Made by a program: the position numbers and the translations under genes | From: Longimicrobiales bacterium | GTDB lineage: Bacteria > Gemmatimonadota > Gemmatimonadetes > Longimicrobiales > Gaopeijiaceae | DNA: 64,000 nucleotides | Reading direction: 5' to 3' | Assembly (NCBI GenBank): GCA_965219445.1 | Contig: CBDCNQ010000004.1 | Coordinates: forward strand, 1,152,001-1,216,000 | Notes under the pieces: model-generated | What the model saw: only the letters and a program-made list of their open reading frames with translations | Database searches by the model: none | Told to the model about the DNA's origin: nothing | Shown here: positions 40,120 to 51,324 of the stretch, one piece after another | Layout: the number at the start of each line of letters is the position of its first letter | Numbering within the stretch: position 1 is the stretch's first letter

Positions 40120-41628
40120 CTAGTCTCCGCCAACGATCCTCAGGAAGTCGGTGTGCGCTCCAACCTGCCCGTGAATGCCGGCATGCCGTTCCACATCAAG
40201 ATTCAGTCGCTGAACGTTTTGATACAGACTCCTCGTGCTCGCACTGGCGGAGGGAGACTGTGCGCCCGGCGCCGGCGGTGAATACAGATCTGCGTTGATC
40301 AGGATCCGTTCCGTTGGGAGATACACGATCAGCATATTGCCATTGTGCCCCAAGCCTTGGACCGGATAGATGTCCATCGTTCGCACACCGTCGCTGAGGA
40401 CGTATTTCTCGTTGACCGTCTCAAATGCCGGGATCCGATTCCCCGCAAACCACGGCATGCGGCTCGACAAGATATCAGGCGCTACTGTCCGACGGCCCGG
40501 GTGGAAGAACACAGCATCGTAGAAGTCGCGGTTCCCCTGATGGGTAACCACCGTCGCGCTCTGGGCCACGTACGTTCGGAGCCCACCGGAATGATCGAAG
40601 TGGTGGTGTGTGTTCACCACGTACCGAATCGGCTTAGAGGAAATAACGCGCCGGACTTCCGCGATGACTGCCAAGGACCGCTCCTCGTTCTGGGGCGCCT
40701 CCACCACCGCGACGAAGTCACGAAACTCAACTGCGATGCTGTGATGAGACCCACCGGCAATCCGCCACACGCCGTCGGCCAGCTCGGTGGACTCAACTCG
40801 GGCGGTTGGTACAGTGGCCTGTCGCACGCTGGCGGGCACGGTCAGAGCAGTGACATCCACGTTGGCCCGGACGCTCGTTACTCGGATTTCCATCCAGTTA
40901 TGGCCGGCATTCAAACGGGGATCGCCCTGGTGGGAGTGAAGCACGGTCGGGAACATGACACCGTCGAAGTCTTGATACCCGGTGTACCGGTGGTCGTAGA
41001 TCATGTCACCCAATATGGGGTTCGACACCCAGGTCTGTGTGCGCTCGACCAAGTGGTCCTCATTGATCGTGCCATTGACGCGGTACCTGTTCATTGCTTT
41101 AAAGGACACGATGGTCAGTTCGCGCCCCTCCAGCATCAATGAGACTGCCGTAGCGTCATCTGCCTCCATCGCCGCTTTCAGGAAACCGTGAGGAGACATC
41201 CAGATGTCCAGCTGGCGGACCTCGGCTGCCGCCGGTTGAGGAGCCGGATCGCTGCCATTCATGTTCCAGCTGTAGTCGCCGCTGGTCAGGAGTCGTCGCT
41301 GTTGTTCACCTTGTAGCGGCGCTCCTCCACCGCCCAGAGCTGGATAGTCGCCTTGCCGGCGGATATAGCTTTCTCTCGAAGACCGGTTTTCGTAGTCGAT
41401 CGTTCGCGTGTAATTGATGACGTCGAACCGCGGCCAGTCGTCGTTCGGCGTAAAGCTCTGTCCAACGGCCGCCACCCATCCAGCACCGGAGTATTCGATG
41501 GACCTCACGGTGCCGGCGTCACCCATTGCATCGGCAGCGGCCCGCAACACGGCTTGGGCGTCCTGAGCCGCCGCCTTTCCCGCCAGCAGCGTCCCTAACA
41601 CGACGAGAACACCTAACGTCTTTGTCAT
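40120..41628 (-). CDS. Exported MBL-fold metallo-hydrolase
   Basis: Signal peptide, THHHFDH, GH, ADLY, IHG. Confidence 0.88.
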   Translation of the reverse strand: MTKTLGVLVVLGTLLAGKAAAQDAQAVLRAAADAMGDAGTVRSIEYSGAGWVAAVGQSFTPNDDWPRFDVINYTRTIDYENRSSRESYIRRQGDYPALGGGGAPLQGEQQRRLLTSGDYSWNMNGSDPAPQPAAAEVRQLDIWMSPHGFLKAAMEADDATAVSLMLEGRELTIVSFKAMNRYRVNGTINEDHLVERTQTWVSNPILGDMIYDHRYTGYQDFDGVMFPTVLHSHQGDPRLNAGHNWMEIRVTSVRANVDVTALTVPASVRQATVPTARVESTELADGVWRIAGGSHHSIAVEFRDFVAVVEAPQNEERSLAVIAEVRRVISSKPIRYVVNTHHHFDHSGGLRTYVAQSATVVTHQGNRDFYDAVFFHPGRRTVAPDILSSRMPWFAGNRIPAFETVNEKYVLSDGVRTMDIYPVQGLGHNGNMLIVYLPTERILINADLYSPPAPGAQSPSASASTRSLYQNVQRLNLDVERHAGIHGQVGAHTDFLRIVGGD

Positions 41629-41818
41629 TGCTAACCTCCTGAGCTCTGCTGGGCTGATGGGATCGTCCGATTCTAATCCCAGGAATTCAATGGTGATGTC
41701 AAGTTGAGGTGAACACCCTAGCTTGATGCCCAACCCGCCGGGGCAGTCCCCTCCGCGACCTCCTGGTTATCAGGCTGATGCCGAGTTCACTGTCAGCCTT
41801 GGGTCGGTCGCCGAGAGC

Positions 41819-43104
41819 TCAGGCGCCCCGGTACATCACTCTCCAAATTCGGCCGGTCCTGTCGTTCGAGATGTAGACGCTACCGTCCGGACCCACGGCG
41901 ATGCCCGAGGGCCGGTACGTCGCGTCGTCGCGGTTCATCAAGGGCGTCTGGCCGGCGAAGCCGTCCGCGAAGATTTCGTAGTCGCCCGTGGCCGGCGCGT
42001 CGCCATCGAACGGCACGAACACGACCTTATACCCGCCCTGGGGCAATGGCGCCCGGTTCCACGAACCGTGGAAAACGATGAACGCACCTCCCTGGTATCT
42101 CTCCGGAAATTGCTCGCCCGTGTAGAACATCAATGCATTAGGTGCCCAGTGGCCCGGGAAGCCGATCAAGGGGAGATCGAACTCGCCGCAGCGGCCGACC
42201 TCCATTCCGTCGCCACTGTACTCCGGCGACAGCACCCGCTTGTCCTGCTGCCAGTCGTGGTAGCAGTACGGCCAGCCGAAGTTCGAGCCCTCTTCCACCC
42301 TCATGAACTCCTCTGAAGGCAGCTCGGCGTTCTGCTCCTCCGTGAAGCCGTCCCACAACGTGTTCAGCTGATCGCGGCCGTGCTGAACCAGGTAGAGCCC
42401 CGCCGCGAACGGATGCCAGGCCATGGCGAAGTTCTGCCGCATGCCGGTCGCGTAGCGAGTGCCGACGCCTGCGTCTGACCAGGCCGATCCGCGTCGAACT
42501 TCCACACGCCGCCGTGATTCTCGAGCAGCGGGCACGGGTCCATGCCGGGGACTCCGGGCTCTCGATCCTCCGACTGCCATGCGTTCGCGGGTGCGCCGAC
42601 GTTCACGTAAATCCCGCCCTCGCCGTCGAAGGCAAAGCCCTTGGACGCGTGGGACCGCTGATCCGGTAGCGTCGCGATCACCTCGGCAAGCCCGTCCGCG
42701 ACGAGCTCGCCGCGCGTCATCGGGTAGCGGACGATCGCGTTGTCGCGACCGAAGTACAGATAGTCGCCGCGCAGCTGTATGCTCTTTCCGCCGTCCTCGC
42801 CGAATCGCTCCTCAAGGTCGGCCCGGCCGTCTCCGTCGGTGTCGCGCAGGGCGATGATCCCGCCGGGGGCGTTCTGCTGGTTACGGATTGCCACGAAGAT
42901 GTCGCCGTTCGGGGCCACATCCAGGTGCCGCGCCGCGCCGAGAGCGTCCGCGACGACGAGTGCACAGAACCCGTCTGGAAGCTGGATGCCGCCGTTGTCG
43001 GCGTCACATTCAGGGAAGGCCGTCTGCTCCGCGCAGCTCGTGGTCGTGAGCGCGACCGCCGTCGCCAGGGCGAATCGGAGCGAACCGAGGATCGAGAGTC
43101 GCAT
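41819..43104 (-). pseudogene. Sorbosone/PQQ sugar dehydrogenase-like lipoprotein, frameshifted near 42470
   Basis: LPDGFCA, ATGMR, FGWPYCY, HGSWNR, RPSGIAVGPDG split across two frames. Confidence 0.85.
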
Positions 43105-43261
43105 GGCTCCTCCCTATCAAAGAAGAAAACTTCAGCTCCCAGCAATAGCGACGCTCGCAATGCTCGCGTCGCCTTCCGGAGATTCTCAATGTACGCGGAG
43201 GTCGGCTCCGCGCACTACGCGCGTCGCACGGGCCGCTTTCTTCCTCGGTGGCCGAAATGAT

Positions 43262-43299
43262 CCCGGACGGTCGCCCCGGCGACCCCCTGAACCCCATTC
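43262..43299 (-). repeat. tRNA-Pro(GGG) 3' fragment, att scar
   Basis: GAATGGGGTTCAGGGGGTCGCCGG identical (24 bp) to 63352-63375. Confidence 0.75.
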
Positions 43300-43518
43300 G
43301 TCCACAGGATGGGCCGAATCCCGGCAAGAACACGTGTAAACCCTTGGTAGGACGCACGATCTGCCGTTCTTGCCTTCAGACTATGCCGGAATCTGCCGCC
43401 TTCAATCGGCCCAATGACCGGCCCAATCGACACAAGAACCGACACAAAGCCGGAAATCGGGGCCAAGCGAAACCCTGGCCGGTCTGGTAGGACCAACCGG
43501 GCAGCCCTGTTCCTCGAA

Positions 43519-43562
43519 GTGGGCCTGGGAAGACTCGGACTACCGACCTCACGCTTATCAGG
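43519..43562 (-). repeat. tRNA-Ile(GAT) 3' half, att scar
   Basis: CCTGATAAGCGTGAGGTCGGTAGTCCGAGTCTTCCCAGGCCCAC: anticodon loop through acceptor strand, decayed T arm. Confidence 0.8.
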
Positions 43563-43848
43563 CGCCTCAGCGGGGGTCGGAATCACGGTAGGATGTCGGA
43601 AAACTCAGATGGATCGCGCGATTTGCCGCCTTCGCGATTCGTGGATGTCGCGATCTGCCGGGTTCAATCGACAGGACAATCGACAGGACCCACCGACGGT
43701 ACTCCCCTGCCCCGTCGCGGCCACCCCGTTCCCGCTCGGCCACTTTGACCTTTCTGTTGCGAAGAGGCCGGTCAGGAGGTTTATTCGGTCGGCCGCTCCC
43801 GCGTGCGGCCTGGTCTTCATTTACCAAGTTCCGGACAGGCAGACCCCC

Positions 43849-46230
43849 TTGCGCCTTCAACCACATTGGGTTCTTCTAGCATCGGTGCCGGCTCTCGCGC
43901 TGATTCTCTCGACGGCACCCGCGCCCCTGGCCGGTCAAACTCCGAACCCACCTCGGACGACAACGGCAGACGGTATTGACGATGTCCGGCAGCTTCGCGA
44001 TCGAACATCAAATCCGGGTGTCCCGACCCTGGCCGAGCTGGGCCTCCTTCCTGGGCGGCCGAGGGTCACACCCACCCGGACGGACACACCGCCCGCGATC
44101 GACGGGATGTTGGACGACGAGGTCTGGCTGACCGCTGCCCACATCACCGAGTTCACGCAGCAATCCCCCTTCGAGGGCGAGCCAGCCACCGAGGAGACCG
44201 ACGTCTACATCGCGTACGACTCGGACAACATGTACTTCGGCTTTCACGTGCATTACGAGGACCCGTCCATCATGCGGGCGAACAGGGTCGACCGGGATGG
44301 AGCAGCCATGGACGACCTGATGACCGTGTACTTCGACACGTTCACGGACCAGCAGCGTGGGTACGACTTCGACGTGAACGGTTACGGCGTCCAGGGAGAC
44401 GGGATCATGACCGCCGCCCGGGGCGGGGGTCGTGGTAGGGGTGGCGGTCGCGCGGTGACGGCTATTCCTCCGGCGGACAGATCCTGGGATGCGCTGTTCG
44501 AGACCGGCGCGCGGATCGTCGAGGATGGGTTTGTGGCCGAGATGGCGGTTCCCTTCAAGAGCCTTCGCTATCCCATGCCGCCCGATGGAGAGCCTCATCG
44601 TTGGGGCTTCCAGATCGTGCGCGAAGTCAAGTCGAAGGACCGCGAGAATCAGGTCTGGGCGCCGATGTCCCGCGATGAGACCAGCTTCTTCGCCCAGATG
44701 GGTGTGTTGGAGGGGATGACGGATCTCTCCACCAGTCGCAACATCGAGATCCTACCCACCTTTACAGCGATCCAGTACGGGGAGATCGATCCGACTCTGC
44801 CCGGCTTCGAGAATCAGGACGCGGATCCGGACGCGGGGGCAAACCTCAAGTACGGCATCACATCCGACCTGACTGCCGACTTCACGATCAACCCGGACTT
44901 TTCCCAAATCGAGTCGGACCGTCCGCAGATCGAGGTCAACCAGCGCTTCCCGCTCTTCTTCTCAGAGCTCCGGCCCTTCTTCGTGGAAGGAGCGGAAATC
45001 TTCAACATTCAGGCGCCGGTAACCTTCGTTCACACGCGGACGATCGTGGACCCTGACTACGGAGCAAAGCTGACCGGCCAGGTCGGAGGGTTCTCACTCG
45101 GATTCCTCACCGCGAACGATGTCGCGCCTGGAAGGGTCGAGGATCCTGCAGAGACAGGCTTCGGCGAGAGGGCGTGGACCGTCATCGGGCGAGTCCGTTA
45201 CGATCTTTACGCCGAGTCGAATATCGGGGCAATCTTCACGGATCGGGAGTTCGTGGACAGCCACAGCCGGCTGGTCGGCACGGATGGCAACTTTCGGCTG
45301 AGTCCGACCATCGCGGCCGACTTCAGAGCCGTGGGCTCCTTCTTCAAAGACTTGGGGGAGGACGAAGTGGACGGCCACATGTTCCAGGCCGGCGTGCGGC
45401 GCGCCGGTCGCTTCTGGAGCTGGGGGCTCACCGGTTACGAGATCTCGCCTGAGTTCGCCACGCAGGTTGGTTTCGTCCGTCGGACGGATACAAGAAGGCT
45501 CGAGGGCAACGTAGGATATCGCTTCTGGCCTGAGACGTGGCTCATCGACTGGGGACCGCAGCTCACCCTCGGGCGGACGTACGATTTCGATGACGTCCTA
45601 CAGGACGAGAACGTCGGTGCTCGCGTGAACTTCTCTTTCGCCCGAAACATCGGCCTGAATGCCAGCTTCGATCGAGACCTGGAGCGGTTCGAGGGGATCG
45701 ACTTCACCCAGCAAAGGGTTTCGATGGGCGGGAACGTAAACACCAATCGCCGATACCAGTTCGGGGGGAACATCGCGTTCGGCGATCAGATCTTCTTCGA
45801 CGGGCCCTTCCTCGCCTACGAATTCCGTTGGAGTGTGAACGGCACCCTGCGTCCCTTGGACCGGCTGCAGACGAGCCTCAACTTCACGTCCAGCCACCTC
45901 ACGAATCCGAACGACGGCGATGCCGAGTTGTTCGACATCAAGATCATCCGGTCCCAGAACTATCTACAGCTCACGGACCGGTTGGGCTTGCGGAACATCA
46001 CGGAGTGGAACACGGAAGACCAGACCTTCGATCTCAACTTCCTGTTCAACTATCGGGTGAACGCGGGAACGGTGTTCTTCATGGGATATGACGATCACTA
46101 CCAGCAAGCCGACCTGATCGAGGGAGACCGGGATGGAGACGGAATCGACGAGCAGCTCTTCTTCCGGGATAGGCTCCGGCGAACGAATCGGGCGATCTTC
46201 GTGAAGCTGCAGTATCTGCTCCGCTACTGA
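43849..46230 (+). CDS. CBM9-like / DUF5916 outer-membrane protein
   Basis: PPAIDGMLDDEVW, AEMAVPFKSLRY, INPDFSQIE, ELRPFFVEG; start uncertain. Confidence 0.85.
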   Translation: MRLQPHWVLLASVPALALILSTAPAPLAGQTPNPPRTTTADGIDDVRQLRDRTSNPGVPTLAELGLLPGRPRVTPTRTDTPPAIDGMLDDEVWLTAAHITEFTQQSPFEGEPATEETDVYIAYDSDNMYFGFHVHYEDPSIMRANRVDRDGAAMDDLMTVYFDTFTDQQRGYDFDVNGYGVQGDGIMTAARGGGRGRGGGRAVTAIPPADRSWDALFETGARIVEDGFVAEMAVPFKSLRYPMPPDGEPHRWGFQIVREVKSKDRENQVWAPMSRDETSFFAQMGVLEGMTDLSTSRNIEILPTFTAIQYGEIDPTLPGFENQDADPDAGANLKYGITSDLTADFTINPDFSQIESDRPQIEVNQRFPLFFSELRPFFVEGAEIFNIQAPVTFVHTRTIVDPDYGAKLTGQVGGFSLGFLTANDVAPGRVEDPAETGFGERAWTVIGRVRYDLYAESNIGAIFTDREFVDSHSRLVGTDGNFRLSPTIAADFRAVGSFFKDLGEDEVDGHMFQAGVRRAGRFWSWGLTGYEISPEFATQVGFVRRTDTRRLEGNVGYRFWPETWLIDWGPQLTLGRTYDFDDVLQDENVGARVNFSFARNIGLNASFDRDLERFEGIDFTQQRVSMGGNVNTNRRYQFGGNIAFGDQIFFDGPFLAYEFRWSVNGTLRPLDRLQTSLNFTSSHLTNPNDGDAELFDIKIIRSQNYLQLTDRLGLRNITEWNTEDQTFDLNFLFNYRVNAGTVFFMGYDDHYQQADLIEGDRDGDGIDEQLFFRDRLRRTNRAIFVKLQYLLRY

Positions 46231-46281
46231 GGGCGTAGAGGTCCAGTCGGACCGTCGGTCCCTGGGGAACGGGGTCGGGCG

Positions 46282-46301
46282 CCGACCTCACGCTTATCAG
46301 G
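46282..46301 (-). repeat. tRNA-Ile(GAT) fragment, att scar
   Basis: CCTGATAAGCGTGAGGTCGG identical (20 bp) to 43543-43562. Confidence 0.7.
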
Positions 46302-46594
46302 CCCTTCCGTTCGGGATCGAATCACGGCAAGGAATCGTCTAAACCCTTACGGGGCTGCACGATCTGCCGCCCTTGCCAACATGTGATGCCGGAAGCTGCC
46401 GGGGTTCAACAGCGGGAATAACGGCGGGAACAGCGGGAAAAAGAGCGGGAATTTCTACGCTCAAACCCACCCCTCAACCCCTGATCATTTCTTCGGGTGG
46501 TCATCCACGTGAGCCCTCCGTGACGGGGCCAAGAGTGCGCTGTAAACTGGGCTTGGTGCGTCTAGCCCTCTTCCACCCACCGTGAGGCTCTCCT

Positions 46595-46945
46595 ATGAAA
46601 AAGCTCAATGAGCGGTTGGCGCTCTATGCGCTGCTCATAGTCGGGCAATACGACGAGGGCCGCGAAGCACTGGCAAACTACGCGCGACTGAGAACCGATG
46701 ACGTTGACGTAGACGCATGGAGCGCAGCATTTGAAGCGGCGGTTCGCTACCGCGAAACCGGTGAGCCGCAGCCTCTTTCTGAATTAGGGGACGTGGCTAC
46801 GGGGCAGAGCTGGGTGTACGCGGAGACAGGACACGCCGACCGCGCAATCGAGCTGCTCGAAGAACTCGTCGGGGAAGGAATCTACGGATGGTTGGCATCT
46901 AGCCACGTACGGCACTTATCCGAGCTCCTGAGCGACGACCCCCGC
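46595..46945 (+). pseudogene. TPR-type C-terminal fragment, probably of a Ser/Thr kinase
   Basis: Helical repeats ending LLSDDPR; rest of the ORF is antisense run-on. Confidence 0.45.
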
Positions 46946-47167
46946 TCAGCGAAGCCACACTCACGATCCATCTGGAGGAATCTGGTGAGAGCCAGAGGTT
47001 CTTGGCGACCGTTCTGGGAGGGGTCCCCGCTTTCGGACGCTGGGGACCCCAAGTTCAGCGCAGCGGCATGCACCAACGCCGTAAATCAACAGCTCCCCGC
47101 TCACCGCTCCCAGCGCAATGGTGGGAAGGGACCGGGCGGGAGTTCTTCTAACTTCTATCTTCTTTTC

Positions 47168-50100
47168 TCAGAAGCCGATAACCGCATTGGAGACGGCTCG
47201 GGGCTGGGGAGGCATGGAGTAGACGTTTCGTTCGTAGTCCCGGTTGTACGGACTGATGTTCAACGTTTCATCCCCGACCACGAGTGTGCTGCTTCCGCCG
47301 GGATCAAAGCCCATGGCGCTCTCTGCGCCGCGCGCGGAAAGAATCTCGGCCATTTCCACATGGGTCGCACCGACCGATTCTCGGATGCGTCCGTTCACGG
47401 TCAACACCGAGAGCGTACCGCTCCCGTCGACTCCGACCGCGATCCTCGGCCCTCTCATGGCGAGGTAGTCGAGCCGCGCCGCCTGTGTGGCGAGCGAATT
47501 CTTGGTCTTCCAGCCCTCCGCATCCATATCGATGCAACTGCAGCCACCGGACACGAGCATCGGCCCCGCTTCCACCGCCTGATCCACGTCGACCAGGTCC
47601 GTTAGTTCGAAATCGAGCCGCGCGCCATCGACCCATCCGTCCGGCAACTCGCCTCTGGCGAAGGAGAGACACAGTCCCACCGGCAACACCGGAACGTCTT
47701 GACCGGCGCCGGTGTGGATCACCTCCATCACCTGCGTGCCGGCCAACCTCACCAGTGTCCGTCCATCCCCGGGCAGCTCGCTCCCCGGGAATAACAGATC
47801 GTAGACGCAGGGTCCCGCTCCCGGTGTCACCGCGTTGTAACAACTGCGTTCGAAGTCCACTGACACGCCCGCGCCGCTGACTCGCATGCCGGACCGAGCG
47901 TTGACCCTCCGAATGGAGAGCGAGCCGTCGATTCCCACCAATAGTGCCGGCTTGTTGAAGAGTGGGGGACAGATGACCTCGCCGTCTGAGATGATCATAC
48001 CCAGCGGAGAGCCGATGTAGGACTCCGGTAGGCCCAATTTGCCCACGAGCTCTGCGTTCAGGACATAGCCTCCGTTCCACGCGATGCGAGCCCTTGTTTT
48101 TGCACCCCGGTTGAAACGCGTGATGAAATCGAGCACAGTGCGGGGTGGTCCGTTAGACCGGACAATGCGGTACCGCATCCCTGCACCAGCCGGCACGCTG
48201 GCCAGCGCACCGGACCAGGGGAACCCGTCGGCGTAGAGCCCGTTGATGGCCTGCGCCTTGACAGCAGACCTCCTCCCAGCGGGTGGCGCTAACAGTTGCT
48301 CGAGGACGCTCACGACGGGCGATCCTCGCTCCTGGGCGTCTCGCCTCAATTCCTCGAGAACTTCCTTTTCACCCAGTCTCTCGCACGCCTCGCGAAACAG
48401 CGGCCCCTTGAACGTCTCGCTCAGGCTGCGCGCGGTCTGTATCGGCGTCGGGTAGGCGAGCGTAACCCTGAGACCTGCAGGCACCCACTGGACGTAGCCG
48501 TCGCCGGGCGAGAGGCCCATCACACTGGCCGTGAGTATGTCAGACACCTGTCCGACGTGGAACCGCTCGATGTCAACCATGTCGGTGGTGAGGGAAGCGT
48601 GTTCGGTCGCTCCGATCAGGAATCCACCCCCGGAGCGCACCTCGGCTAGCACGCGAAGGGCACGCTTGCCGAGTTGCCTGACGTCAATGCCCACCGAAAT
48701 CTGGTTCGTCGGAACGACGCTGCAGACGCCGTTTTTAAACAGCAACCGCAGCTCCTCGTTGCGGATCTCATTGATGTAAGCCTTCAACGTATTAGCGGTG
48801 AGGTGGTTTCCCAGTGGGTTGCTGCGCTGAAAGATGTAGATAGGCGCCAGCTGCTTGCGCCTCAGAAGCCTGCCGGTCATCGTTTCGTGGGTCTCGAGAC
48901 CGAGACGGGCACGCACCGATTGGAGGATGAAAAGTTCGATCTCCACCTGTAGCGGGCTGCCGGCGAAATACGCAATGGGCACGTCGGTCTGCAGGCGTTC
49001 CAAAAGCTTGGCCCGATCGTCGATCGCGAGGGATCCGCCGCACCTTTGCTCGATCATCAAATCCCAGTTCGAGAAATGGGACGCGCCGTGACGGGGCGCA
49101 CCAAACGAAGGCGGCGCCGCCGCAATCTGCGCGAACAGCAGGTTGATGACGCCTGTCAACTCGTGCCAGGTGAGGTCGCGATACTTGTGGTTCCAGCGGT
49201 TGCGATGCCGATAGGCGAACGCGTGGTCGAACATGATCGGCAGGTCGCCCCCTCGAACCAAGAACAGATTGTCCACGCAATTGAAAAACTCGTGAAATTG
49301 TTCGCGACTCAGGATAGACGGGTCCGGGTTGTCGTACACCAACTGCTGAGCGAATGCGAAAGCCATCCCGCGCTGGCGCTGTTCTTCGACGCGGAAATAA
49401 CTCGGGTCGATGAGCGACTTCAACATCAGCATGAACCCCATGCGTCCGTGGCCCGGCAGGTATTCGCGATTGTCGGTATTCATAACTGTGCCAAGCTCGC
49501 CGCGATGACGTCGCACTCGCCTCTCGAACCGCGATAGCACGTCCGATGCGGTCTCCAGGTCACGATCGTTTACCCGAAGTTGCCGGTGGAGCTGTCGGAA
49601 GCAACTCTCGAAGTCGCGGGCCAGCGATTCCATCGCGTAACGACCCTCAACGACCTGGCGGTTGTGTGCGTTGGCCGCCCTGAAACGCAGCGGTTGGAGC
49701 AAATGCTCTTTGACAGACGTGATGAGAGCGGGTGTGATCCGATTGCGAAAAGAGATTACCTCCAATCGCTCGTCTCGTGCCAGGTGTTCGCCAATCACTT
49801 CGGCGAAAGCGTCCTCCGGATCGTAGCGCCGCGTCATTGTCGAAACACCACAGGCGGCGGATTCTATGATCGGTAGGCCACGGCCCTCCGTTTCACTCGG
49901 TAGCACCACGAGTGACGCAACCCCGTACAGGTCGGCGATCGTACACGGCCGGTCGAACTGTTTTCGAAAACCCGGATGGTCTATCCCGCTGAACAACAGC
50001 GCAAAAAACACCCGATCCTGCACAGACCCTGGAAGCTGGGACACGCACCTGTCGAAGTCACGCACCAGCCTCAGGAAGTAACGTTCGTTTTCGCCCGCCA

Positions 50101-51313
50101 CCGGCCCCGTAACCAGCAGCGTAAGCTTGAGGTTCGGAGAGTCTTGGAAGGCGTTGATGAATTCCGCATCGGAAAACAGACGCGAAATGATGCGAAAGTT
50201 GGTTTCGATCTTCTTGCGCTTGATGATCCGAGTGGGCTGCAGCACGATCATGTTGTCGCGGACGAAATCCACGTTTCTCATTTCTCGGACCGCCAGCAGT
50301 AATGGCTGCGGCCAATCGGCCGCCAGCGGGTTCTTTCGCAGGATTGCGGCGCCTGAATTGGCGCCGAGCCGCTTGCGTGATCCCGTCAGCAGGCTGGAGA
50401 GTTGCCGTAACACCTCGACGCGCCTGGGACGGTTGAGAGGTGCGTAGAGGGCCGTGTTCACGGCGGTACCCAACTCCGCGACGTTGGCCGGGTTGTGGCC
50501 AAACCGCTGCACCAGTTGGGCCGATTGATTGCGGCTGATGTTAGCCGAAATCCAAGTACGCGCCGCCCAGGGATAGATCATTTGGATGATCGAGAATACC
50601 TCGCCCAGGTGCGAGTTGGTGAAGAAATGGTCGCGCGGTCCTGCAAGGCTCCCCTCCTTCTGTCGTGCTGCGCCGCCCTCCCAGTAGAAGTCGTGGTTGT
50701 TGGCGATGACCGGAATGCGCATGTGTTCGGAGATCAGCACCATCGCCAGGGCCAGGGCAACATTACCCGGGTTAGAATTGACGTTGATGATGTACAACAA
50801 ACGAATGTCACAACGCTCGATCAGCCTTCCGAGGCGTTCCGCGAGAACGAGCACGTCATCCCAGAGCGCGAGAATCAGGGAGTTGTAGAGAGGGCTTCCC
50901 CGCTCCATGCGACGATGGAAGAAGTCCCTGTAGAGGTGCCAGTCAGCAAATCCGTCAATCTCGGGCAACACGTGGCGCTCGACCCTGGGACCCACGATCG
51001 GTTCCGCGCGAACATCGAAACGACCCGTGATCAGGTGGAGTTGCGGCTCCGGCAGTACGTGCCGCATAGCCTCGACGTATTTCGCAATCTCCACTGTAAC
51101 GCCATCCACCGAGCAGTGGAATGTCACAAGCCCCACTCCGCGACTTATGTGCCGGGCGAAGGCGTCTAAATCATCGTCGAAATTCAGGCTCGGTGTGCCG
51201 CGCCCGTCGCGGAGCCGGTCGAGCATCAACCCCAGGTCGAACCAGGTGGTTATACCCTCGTCTCGCAGGGCATCGATCATGCGGTCCGCGCTGTAGCGCC
51301 GTCCTCGGTGCAC
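47168..51313 (-). CDS. GT4 glycosyltransferase fused to a NAGPA-like phosphodiester glycosidase domain (1381 aa)
   Basis: DGVTVE, NHDFYWE, EGRGLPIIE; C-terminal NGGY, AGPMLV, PRIAVG, VNGR, DPGGSSTL. Confidence 0.85.
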   Translation of the reverse strand: MHRGRRYSADRMIDALRDEGITTWFDLGLMLDRLRDGRGTPSLNFDDDLDAFARHISRGVGLVTFHCSVDGVTVEIAKYVEAMRHVLPEPQLHLITGRFDVRAEPIVGPRVERHVLPEIDGFADWHLYRDFFHRRMERGSPLYNSLILALWDDVLVLAERLGRLIERCDIRLLYIINVNSNPGNVALALAMVLISEHMRIPVIANNHDFYWEGGAARQKEGSLAGPRDHFFTNSHLGEVFSIIQMIYPWAARTWISANISRNQSAQLVQRFGHNPANVAELGTAVNTALYAPLNRPRRVEVLRQLSSLLTGSRKRLGANSGAAILRKNPLAADWPQPLLLAVREMRNVDFVRDNMIVLQPTRIIKRKKIETNFRIISRLFSDAEFINAFQDSPNLKLTLLVTGPVAGENERYFLRLVRDFDRCVSQLPGSVQDRVFFALLFSGIDHPGFRKQFDRPCTIADLYGVASLVVLPSETEGRGLPIIESAACGVSTMTRRYDPEDAFAEVIGEHLARDERLEVISFRNRITPALITSVKEHLLQPLRFRAANAHNRQVVEGRYAMESLARDFESCFRQLHRQLRVNDRDLETASDVLSRFERRVRRHRGELGTVMNTDNREYLPGHGRMGFMLMLKSLIDPSYFRVEEQRQRGMAFAFAQQLVYDNPDPSILSREQFHEFFNCVDNLFLVRGGDLPIMFDHAFAYRHRNRWNHKYRDLTWHELTGVINLLFAQIAAAPPSFGAPRHGASHFSNWDLMIEQRCGGSLAIDDRAKLLERLQTDVPIAYFAGSPLQVEIELFILQSVRARLGLETHETMTGRLLRRKQLAPIYIFQRSNPLGNHLTANTLKAYINEIRNEELRLLFKNGVCSVVPTNQISVGIDVRQLGKRALRVLAEVRSGGGFLIGATEHASLTTDMVDIERFHVGQVSDILTASVMGLSPGDGYVQWVPAGLRVTLAYPTPIQTARSLSETFKGPLFREACERLGEKEVLEELRRDAQERGSPVVSVLEQLLAPPAGRRSAVKAQAINGLYADGFPWSGALASVPAGAGMRYRIVRSNGPPRTVLDFITRFNRGAKTRARIAWNGGYVLNAELVGKLGLPESYIGSPLGMIISDGEVICPPLFNKPALLVGIDGSLSIRRVNARSGMRVSGAGVSVDFERSCYNAVTPGAGPCVYDLLFPGSELPGDGRTLVRLAGTQVMEVIHTGAGQDVPVLPVGLCLSFARGELPDGWVDGARLDFELTDLVDVDQAVEAGPMLVSGGCSCIDMDAEGWKTKNSLATQAARLDYLAMRGPRIAVGVDGSGTLSVLTVNGRIRESVGATHVEMAEILSARGAESAMGFDPGGSSTLVVGDETLNISPYNRDYERNVYSMPPQPRAVSNAVIGF

Positions 51314-51324
51314 GATGACTCACC

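Noticed and set aside
41757..41776. Additional att scar CCTGATAACCAGGAGGTCG
   Set aside because: Matches 63609-63626 at 17/18 but has no T arm or arm module; too short to call
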